Origin: Gemmatimonadota bacterium | GTDB lineage: Bacteria > Gemmatimonadota > Gemmatimonadetes > Gemmatimonadales > GWC2-71-9 | Direction: 5' to 3' | Assembly: GCA_039588295.1 (NCBI GenBank) | Contig: JBDHAB010000044.1 | Span: forward strand, 1 to 21,597 | Length of the DNA: 21,597 nt | In this document: positions 9,093 to 14,953 of the stretch, in pieces | Layout: each line of letters opens with the position of its first letter | Numbering within the stretch: the stretch's first letter is position 1 | Translations under genes and position numbers: made by a program | Notes under the pieces: generated by a model | Told to the model about the DNA's origin: nothing | Seen by the model: the letters and a program-made list of their open reading frames with translations, nothing else | The model's database searches: none

Positions 9093-10582
9093 CGGTGCTG
9101 TCCGAAGACCGCCTGCGCACCGTGCTCGCGTGGATCGTGATCATCCTGATCGGCGGCCCGGTGGGCGCAGCCGTCTGGCTCGGCGTGGTGTACGGGGAGG
9201 CGCCCTGCATCCTCTGCTGGGCACAGCGCACCTCGATGGTGCTGCTCGGGCTGCTCGGGCTGTTCGTGCTCCGCTACGGTCCGCGCCCCCGCTACATCGG
9301 CATGGTGGTGCTACTCGGCGCGTTCGGGGTGTTCATGTCGCTCCGCCATGCGGCACTCCACCTGGCGCGCGACGTGGGCCAGGGCTTCGCCGCCCCCTAC
9401 TTCGGCGCCCACACGTACGTATGGGCCTGGTTCGTCCACTGGGTCGTGCTGGCCGTCGTCGGCGTGCTGCTGCTCCTTTTGCGCGAGCAGCCGGTTCGAC
9501 AGGGCGTGCGCGACCCTGGCCGAGTCGGCCGCATTGCCATGACGCTCTTCCTCGTCGTGGTCGGCGCGAACGCGCTCCAGGCGCTCATCACCACCGGCCC
9601 TCCCCCGTTCATCGGCCAGGCCGACCCGGTCCGCTTCTCGTTCAATCCCCGGCATTGGGTGTGGATGAACCAAGAGGAACTGGCGGGACGGATCTCGCTC
9701 CGCGGGGCGTGGACCATTCCGCGGCCCGATCCTGCGTCGATCGTCATGGACCCCGATCCCGCGGGAGGACCGCTCGCGGACATCCAGGTGCTGCCCGTCG
9801 AGGTGTGGGAGAGCATCGGTACCACGCTCGACGGGCGACTCAACGGCTTGGCCCGCGATCCGGCGACCGGCCGGTTCATCGCCGTCACCGAGCGATACAG
9901 CGTCTACGTGCTCGACTCGGCACTCACGCGGATCGAGCACCACGTGGAGCTCGACCATCAGTACAGCATTGAGCTCACGCCGCTCGCCGGGGCGGCGCTC
10001 GTGGGCGACACACTCGCCGTGCTGGCCACCAACAAGAGCTACCTCCTGCTCCGGCCCGATCCCGCGGCGGACGCCGACCGCGAGTGGCGGCACTTCCGCA
10101 AGACCAGTGGCGGCATCACCGAGCTCCGACGCTCGCGCTTCGCGACCGTGCGCGCTCGCCAGATGTACGTGCTGTCGCTGGCATACGACCCTGAGGCGCA
10201 CGAGCTGATCACCGTCAGTGTGCCGTCCCCGAGGCACCGGCGGATGGTCGTATCGCGGTTCGCCCGCGACGACATGACGCTCGCCTCCGAGTTCCTGCCG
10301 CGGCTGGGACCGGGACTGGCGCTCAGCGGTGACGATCGCTCACTCGCGGAATACGTGGTGACCGGCGCCGTGGTCGCGGATGGGCTGCTCTACGCGATCA
10401 GCGCCGAGTATTCGACGTTGCTCGTCATCGATCTCGACGGGATGCGTGTGGTCGCGGCATACGCGGTACCGGGGCTCGAGCAGCCCGTGGGGCTCGCGGC
10501 GCGGGGGGCGCAGCTGCTCGCGGCGCAGGCGGACGGCCGGATTGCCGTGATCGAGCGACCGGACCTTCCAGGAGAACCGTGA
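9089..10582 (+). CDS. dsbI: DsbB-family disulfide bond formation protein with large C-terminal periplasmic domain (DsbI-like)
   Basis: PCILCWAQR CxxC motif, about five TM helices, GPPPFIGQADPVRFSFNP motif, C-terminal beta-rich domain. Confidence 0.82.
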   Translation: MTVLSEDRLRTVLAWIVIILIGGPVGAAVWLGVVYGEAPCILCWAQRTSMVLLGLLGLFVLRYGPRPRYIGMVVLLGAFGVFMSLRHAALHLARDVGQGFAAPYFGAHTYVWAWFVHWVVLAVVGVLLLLLREQPVRQGVRDPGRVGRIAMTLFLVVVGANALQALITTGPPPFIGQADPVRFSFNPRHWVWMNQEELAGRISLRGAWTIPRPDPASIVMDPDPAGGPLADIQVLPVEVWESIGTTLDGRLNGLARDPATGRFIAVTERYSVYVLDSALTRIEHHVELDHQYSIELTPLAGAALVGDTLAVLATNKSYLLLRPDPAADADREWRHFRKTSGGITELRRSRFATVRARQMYVLSLAYDPEAHELITVSVPSPRHRRMVVSRFARDDMTLASEFLPRLGPGLALSGDDRSLAEYVVTGAVVADGLLYAISAEYSTLLVIDLDGMRVVAAYAVPGLEQPVGLAARGAQLLAAQADGRIAVIERPDLPGEP

Positions 10583-10644
10583 GTCGTCGGGCAGTTCCGA
10601 TCGTTGCGCTTCGCGCCCATCCGCCGAAATTACATGCACCGCGT

Positions 10645-10764
10645 GAGTCTCTGCTTTTCGTTGCTTTCTTTAGCAAATCGTTGCAGTACATCGTGGTTGG
10701 GCGCCCTCCCTTTTTCATTCCTTTGCATATGCTTGCAGCGAAACCTTCCCAAAAAACTTCCCAA
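10645..10764 (+). repeat. Arm type A copy 4 (no tRNA fragment)
   Basis: gagtctctgcttttcgttgctttctttagcaaatcgttgcagta...gcagcgaaaccttcccaaaaaacttcccaa. Confidence 0.8.
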
Positions 10765-10789
10765 GAAATCGAAAGCCGGCAGGGGAGTC

Positions 10790-10887
10790 GCAGTTGTCGG
10801 TGCTCAGTTGTCAGCCGGCACGACCGCTGATGGCTGTAGCCTGACGGCTGATGGCAATGTCACTGATGACTGAGAACTGACAACTGC
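10790..10887. repeat. Heptamer-built long inverted repeat
   Basis: gcagttgtcggtgctcagttgtcag pairs with ctgatgactgagaactgacaactgc (21/25 by hand count). Confidence 0.7.
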
Positions 10888-10899
10888 TTACTGTGTGAA

Positions 10900-10963
10900 C
10901 GGAGGGCGGGGGTTTCACGCGAAGCGCACACGAGGTGCGGAACCTTCCCAAGAAGCTTCCCAA
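10900..10963. repeat. Collapsed att unit: tRNA-Ser 3' end plus start of the insertion, fused to the arm A terminal repeat
   Basis: cggagggcgggggtttcacgcgaagcgcacacgag joined to aaccttcccaagaagcttcccaa. Confidence 0.7.
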
Positions 10964-11058
10964 ACGGCGCATGGCATGAGACGCAAGACACCGCAAGCTT
11001 TGCGGTGGGTGGGGGACTCGGCGGCCGGCTGCCTCAATCCGGGCGGCGGTTGATTGTG

Positions 11059-11511
11059 CTAATGTTCAATGCGATGGGTGTCCCGCACACTGCTAAATGT
11101 CAACGCTAACAATTTCCAACCATCATTTTGTTCTTCATAGACTTCGGTAACCGTAAACTCATTCGACACCTCATTGCCGCGAACCACGGCCAACAGAGTA
11201 ATGCGGTTCCAAAGGACGGCAGTGTCGTCAAAGACTTCTACCACGACTTCGTGGACATCAGCTTGCTTGTAGTGAATGCTCCCGCTTCTGATGATGTCGA
11301 GCTCCTGGTTCTTCCCCCAGGTTCCGCTCATATGGACGAATCTCGCCTGGTCGTGGAAGAGTGTAGCAAGCGTGTCCGCGTCTTGCTCTGACATCCAGCG
11401 CCACTTTTCTCTGGAGAGATCAATGATCTCTTGTTCCACACTCGTTTGTTGTGCGCTGGCCCATTGCACACTCACCATCAATACAAACAGTCCGAGAGTC
11501 GACGCTCTCAT
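11059..11511 (-). CDS. Exported NTF2-like (DUF4440) protein
   Basis: Signal peptide ending WASA; alpha-then-beta NTF2 pattern with terminal TEVY...DGWKLL; RBS AAGGG; visibly lower GC than its neighbours. Confidence 0.85.
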   Translation of the reverse strand: MRASTLGLFVLMVSVQWASAQQTSVEQEIIDLSREKWRWMSEQDADTLATLFHDQARFVHMSGTWGKNQELDIIRSGSIHYKQADVHEVVVEVFDDTAVLWNRITLLAVVRGNEVSNEFTVTEVYEEQNDGWKLLALTFSSVRDTHRIEH

Positions 11512-11764
11512 GTCAACTCAACCCTTTCTCCTCGAGAAATGCAGATAGAAGATCCGCGATTCTGAGGTTGTTCAGGTCTGAAAACACGAAGTGTGTGTTG
11601 CCTCGGATTCCTATTTCCGGCAGATGCACCAAGGTTACGTCACCACCATGCCGATTTACGGCGTTCCGAGAACATTAGGGGTTGGAGCCAGGGAGCGCTA
11701 GCGAGGAGCAGGGTGAGGCAGTAGGAGCTGCCGCACTTTGTGGAAGGCAATCGTGTAAGTGCAA

Positions 11765-11869
11765 CGGAGGGCCGGGGATTCGACGCGAAGCGCAGGCGAG
11801 CGGATCGAGCATCGGCCGCCCCCGATGCGAAGATCAACCCCGATGCGGTTGCCCGCGCCGGTTTTCAAG
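11765..11869 (-). pseudogene. tRNA-Ser(UGA) 3' half, second allele, with 53-bp T-loop insertion
   Basis: Minus strand CTTGAAA-ACCGG-C GCGG GCAA CCGC AT-CGGGG T[insert 11784-11836]TCGAAT CCCCG-GCCCTCC-G. Confidence 0.85.
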
Positions 11870-12008
11870 TTCGACCGATGGGTTTGCGTCCCCGTGTCAT
11901 AGGGCGCTATGTGGCTCGCACGCCGCGCGTTAGACGATGCCGGTCTTCCGTCCCATTGCGCTCCGTTGCATCTGTTTCGCTCCCTTTGTGTCCAGAGTTG
12001 TGTCCAGA
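11870..12008 (+). repeat. Arm type B (putative att arm) ending in TTGTGTCCAGA x2 with 12-bp period
   Basis: Same length as arm A (139 vs 138 bp); shares gttagacg, cgtcccatt and ttgcatct; abuts the integrase stop codon. Confidence 0.7.
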
Positions 12009-12018
12009 CTCCTGCCCT

Positions 12019-12330
12019 TCAGGCTGTCTCCCGTTCCTCCTTGGCGGCCTGGACCGGCTCGGTTAACGCCGTCAGGTGCTCGCGTGCCAAGTGCGTGTAG
12101 GCCATGGTCACCCGGAGGTCGCTGTGGCCCATCGCCTCCTTAACGAGCACGACGTCGCGTCCCTCGGCGAGCCAAGTGGTCACGCGGCGATGCCGGAGAT
12201 CGTGCGGACGGAACCCCGTAGGTGTCTTCGCAATCTTCGCGGCTTTCGCGAGGCTGTCGTAGAACGAACCGACCCGCTCCCCGGCCCGATGCTGGCGTCG
12301 GGTCTCGATGTGGTGAAAGACCCAAGGCGA
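12019..12330 (-). pseudogene. Tyrosine recombinase/integrase C-terminal remnant
   Basis: FRPHDLRH...LAEGRDVVLVKEAMGHSDLRVTMAYTHL contains H-x-x-R, H and catalytic Y; N-terminal domains and the first catalytic Arg are missing, replaced by a repeated leader at ~12340. Confidence 0.9.
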
Positions 12331-12420
12331 GCGCGCACCTCTGCTGGCGCTGTGAGCGCGTCGACGTAGCTTCGTAACCAGCAAGCTGCAAATCCAGGGC
12401 AATCACCGAGGCTGCCAGCC

Positions 12421-12570
12421 GTGCGCCCACACTTGGACCGCACCGAATTCGGCTGGATCGAGATTGACGGCCTGCGCTACGAGCATGACGTGCTCGTGAG
12501 GCGCGACGGTACAGTTGAGAAGCGCAAGAAGAAGTGTTCACCTCCATGCGGTGCCCGCTCTCGGACGTGA
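12421..12570 (+). pseudogene. Truncated Mth938-like protein N-terminus, copy 2
   Basis: VRPHLDRTEFGWIEIDGLRYEHDVLVRRDGTVEKRKKK then an unrelated tail; inverted paralogue of 6412-6543, including the upstream region. Confidence 0.6.
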
Positions 12571-12872
12571 CCCGGTTCGAGGCGTACCAGGGGCGGAAGT
12601 CCCTCACCAGGCAAGTAATGGGTATCGGGTTTGTCCTCGGTGCTATGACAGGGTTTGCGGTGGCTCACAGGTCGGACTGCGGAGACCTTGACCGAGCAAT
12701 CTGCATCGTGGGAGGCGTGACGCTTGGCGGGGGCGCAGTACTCCTCATCGGCGCTGCTGCCGGGGCTGTAATCAGGACCGACCGCTGGGAGGCGGTTTCG
12801 CTCGACCGCTTGCGCGTGAGTGTCCTGCCGCACCGTGACGGCTTCGGCATCGGGGCAAGGATCGCGTTCTAG
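12546..12872 (+). CDS. Hypothetical Gly-rich membrane protein, probably 5'-truncated
   Basis: Two glycine-zipper-like hydrophobic segments and C-terminal FGIGARIAF; no RBS or signal peptide, and it begins at the junction with the Mth938-like fragment. Confidence 0.55.
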   Translation: MRCPLSDVTRFEAYQGRKSLTRQVMGIGFVLGAMTGFAVAHRSDCGDLDRAICIVGGVTLGGGAVLLIGAAAGAVIRTDRWEAVSLDRLRVSVLPHRDGFGIGARIAF

Positions 12873-12960
12873 CGACGCGCCGGGTCGGTTGCGTTTTCAT
12901 GCTTGACGCCGCCTTGACGGCTCGTGCCTACGTTCGATGCGTCTCTCTCGGGAGGCGACC

Positions 12961-13338
12961 ATGCGTCACACGTTGGTCGCTACGCTCCTGCTCCTAGCTC
13001 CCCTCGGCTGCGGCGAGGGCCCTCAGCCGGTCGAGCCCTCTGTCGCGTACAGCAATCTCCAAGTCGGGCCCGGGGTCACGCCGACGTTTTCATGGGATGG
13101 TATGGACGCATGGCACATTTGGGTATCACGTGTCGACGATGGTGAAGTCGTCTGGCGCATTAGGAATGAGACGTGCTTTATCACCATCAAGTCACCGGTT
13201 GTCTACGGCAGCATACCGGGGCACCCAGCAGAGTCGCTCGTAGTCGAGCCGGTTCTCACTGAGGGCGTGACCTACCAGGTCACGGTGGAGTTCACCTGCG
13301 GTGGTGACGCGCGGCTGAGAAAGACTTTCACACCATGA
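12961..13338 (+). CDS. Hypothetical lipoprotein
   Basis: RBS GGAGG; MRHTLVATLLLLAPLGC lipobox-like signal. Confidence 0.75.
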   Translation: MRHTLVATLLLLAPLGCGEGPQPVEPSVAYSNLQVGPGVTPTFSWDGMDAWHIWVSRVDDGEVVWRIRNETCFITIKSPVVYGSIPGHPAESLVVEPVLTEGVTYQVTVEFTCGGDARLRKTFTP

Positions 13339-13378
13339 CGCAGACGCAGCGCCACGGCGTTTGTCGGGAGAGGTCGCC

Positions 13379-13738
13379 ATGCGCCGACTGTCCGCATCAT
13401 TAACGATCCTTGTTGCCGCCTGTGCGGCTCACTCCCAGCCCGCAAGGGGGCCGGCAACGGTTGGGGAACAGCTCGACTGTGGGTTGAATGTCGCCTTCGG
13501 AGGCGGGTACTCAGCCACGACCACACTGAAGGATGAAGGTAGGAGGGGACTGAACTGCGTGGAGATGCGGAATGCGGAGGGCTCTTACTTCGACGTATGT
13601 GTCCGAGTGCGGAACGAGAGCGTGATCGTGAGTGGAGGCCGCCCCAAATTTGGATTTGGGGAAAACGAGAGCCCAGCGGATCAGGCCCTGAGCCGCCGAA
13701 TCCCTCGTGTCTGCCCGGCGAGGCCGCTTCGCAAGTAG
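13379..13738 (+). CDS. Hypothetical lipoprotein
   Basis: RBS GGAGAGG; MRRLSASLTILVAAC lipobox; four further Cys. Confidence 0.65.
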   Translation: MRRLSASLTILVAACAAHSQPARGPATVGEQLDCGLNVAFGGGYSATTTLKDEGRRGLNCVEMRNAEGSYFDVCVRVRNESVIVSGGRPKFGFGENESPADQALSRRIPRVCPARPLRK

Positions 13739-13751
13739 GAACTCCGCTGCA

Positions 13752-13810
13752 CCCGGCCCCGCGCCGGGCGGTGTCGGCTTAGCCCCGAGCGTCTCGGCTT
13801 CGGGGCTTTT
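13752..13810 (+). terminator. Family C terminator-like repeat between convergent genes
   Basis: cccggccccgcgccgggcggt...agccccgagcgtctcggcttcggggctttt. Confidence 0.75.
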
Positions 13811-13822
13811 GCTGCAGCGAGC

Positions 13823-14296
13823 CTAGCCACCAGCCTGTAGCGCCTCCGTAAGTGCCTCGACCGCCTCCTGCACGCTCGTCATGGCCGCCTCCAAACGCAT
13901 CAACCGCTCGGCAAGCTCTTCGCGGGTGAACCCGCCCGTGGCATACTCGACGATGTGCAGCCCCTCCCCCGCACGCAGCGGCCCGCCGATGAGTGTCTGT
14001 TGCTCCGCCGTGATCGTGACACCGCGTTTGACCAACGTCACCACACCCTCACCCTCTAACCGCACGTCGTAGACGCCTGGATCGGGCCAGAAACTTCCGT
14101 TGTTGCCTACCCACACTTCGGTCTGCGTTACGATGACGCCGTCCTGGATCACGCTGATCATGACCGGCGTCCCTTCAAGTGCCTCTCCCGATGCGGCCCT
14201 GACCTGTACGGTGAGGCTCTGGCCGGACACGGGTCGGGGGTGCCACAGGGCAAAGCCTGCGGCAAGCAGCAAGACACTCCGTGACGCGTTCATCAT
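13823..14296 (-). CDS. Exported protein with carboxypeptidase-regulatory-like beta-sandwich and C-terminal coiled coil
   Basis: RBS GGAGGG; signal peptide; GEALEG...PGVYDVRLEGEG pattern; heptad-rich helix at the C-terminus. Confidence 0.7.
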   Translation of the reverse strand: MMNASRSVLLLAAGFALWHPRPVSGQSLTVQVRAASGEALEGTPVMISVIQDGVIVTQTEVWVGNNGSFWPDPGVYDVRLEGEGVVTLVKRGVTITAEQQTLIGGPLRAGEGLHIVEYATGGFTREELAERLMRLEAAMTSVQEAVEALTEALQAGG

Positions 14297-14383
14297 GGTG
14301 CCCTCCGGAAGGGGATACACAATGGTCCCGGTCGGGAGTTGTGAGCGCAAGTAGCACCGGACTATCTGACGACGACGGCCTTC

Positions 14384-14417
14384 CAGTCCCGAGCGTCACC
14401 CGGCGTTCGGGGCTTTT
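14384..14417 (+). terminator. Family C hairpin, orphan copy
   Basis: cagtcccgagcgtcacccggcgttcggggctttt with no plus-strand gene immediately upstream. Confidence 0.6.
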
Positions 14418-14634
14418 CTTTGCACCTGAGCGAGTTGCGTGACGGTAGGGAAGGCAGGCGAACACCTTATCGAGTTTGCGAAGATCTTTGCGAAAACTTC
14501 GCGGACATCCTGGGAATGGCGCTTCTAGGCAGGTCGGGGTGAATGGCGAGACGGGCGGCGCAAGTTGCGCGGCCCGTGGTGTCTAGCAGGGTCAGGCTGC
14601 TCCTTCCGAGGCGCAGGCTGCGCCCCTTCGGCGT

Positions 14635-14667
14635 GCTTTGCAAGCCGGGGGTCGTGGGTTCGAATCC
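14635..14667 (+). pseudogene. tRNA-Ala(UGC)-like fragment (anticodon loop to T-loop)
   Basis: GC TTTGCAA GCCGG GGGTC GTGGG TTCGAAT CC; no D-arm or acceptor pairing. Confidence 0.6.
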
Positions 14668-14749
14668 GGGAGGCACTCCTCGGTCCGTTAGTCTCCCGTT
14701 GTGTCCTGGGATGTGTCCAGCCGCTCAGGCCCAAATCGCGTAAGTCCAA

Positions 14750-14801
14750 CGGAGGGCCAGGGATTCGAACCCCGATGCGGTTGCCCGCGGCGGTTTTCAA
14801 G
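14750..14801 (-). pseudogene. tRNA-Ser(UGA) 3' half, second allele, uninterrupted T-loop
   Basis: Minus strand CTTGAAA-ACCGC-C GCGG GCAA CCGC AT-CGGGG TTCGAAT CCCTG-GCCCTCC-G, 52 bp. Confidence 0.88.
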
Positions 14802-14938
14802 TTCTTGGCGAGTTTTTGCTTTTCGTTACTTTCCTTTGCAAATCGTTGCAGTAGCGGGCGGTTGGACACCCGAGCTTTTTCATTCCTTTGCATATCTTTG
14901 CATCTGTTTGCAGCGAAACCTTCCCAAAAACCTTCCCA
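14802..14938 (+). repeat. Arm type A, full-length copy
   Basis: Aligns along its full length with 348-485; ends aaaccttcccaaaaaccttccca. Confidence 0.85.
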
Positions 14939-14953
14939 CGCGGCAGACCCCTG

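Noticed and set aside
9130..10237. Long alternative-frame ORFs 9130..9972 and 9311..10237
   Set aside because: Shadow ORFs of the very GC-rich dsbI gene with no recognisable motifs
12330..12402. ORF-track N-terminus making 12019..12402 a complete 127-aa integrase
   Set aside because: These codons are the antisense of the repeated leader module, and the protein lacks the first catalytic Arg and DNA-binding domains
14744..14867. Integron attC site (GTCCAAC ... GTTGGAC; GTTRRRY also occurs in other arms)
   Set aside because: The complementary R boxes occur in one copy only, the interior does not pair as L boxes, and no IntI gene is visible
243..14938. CRISPR array
   Set aside because: Repeats are 100-240 bp and separated by kilobase gene blocks; no 25-45 bp repeat-spacer periodicity and no cas genes
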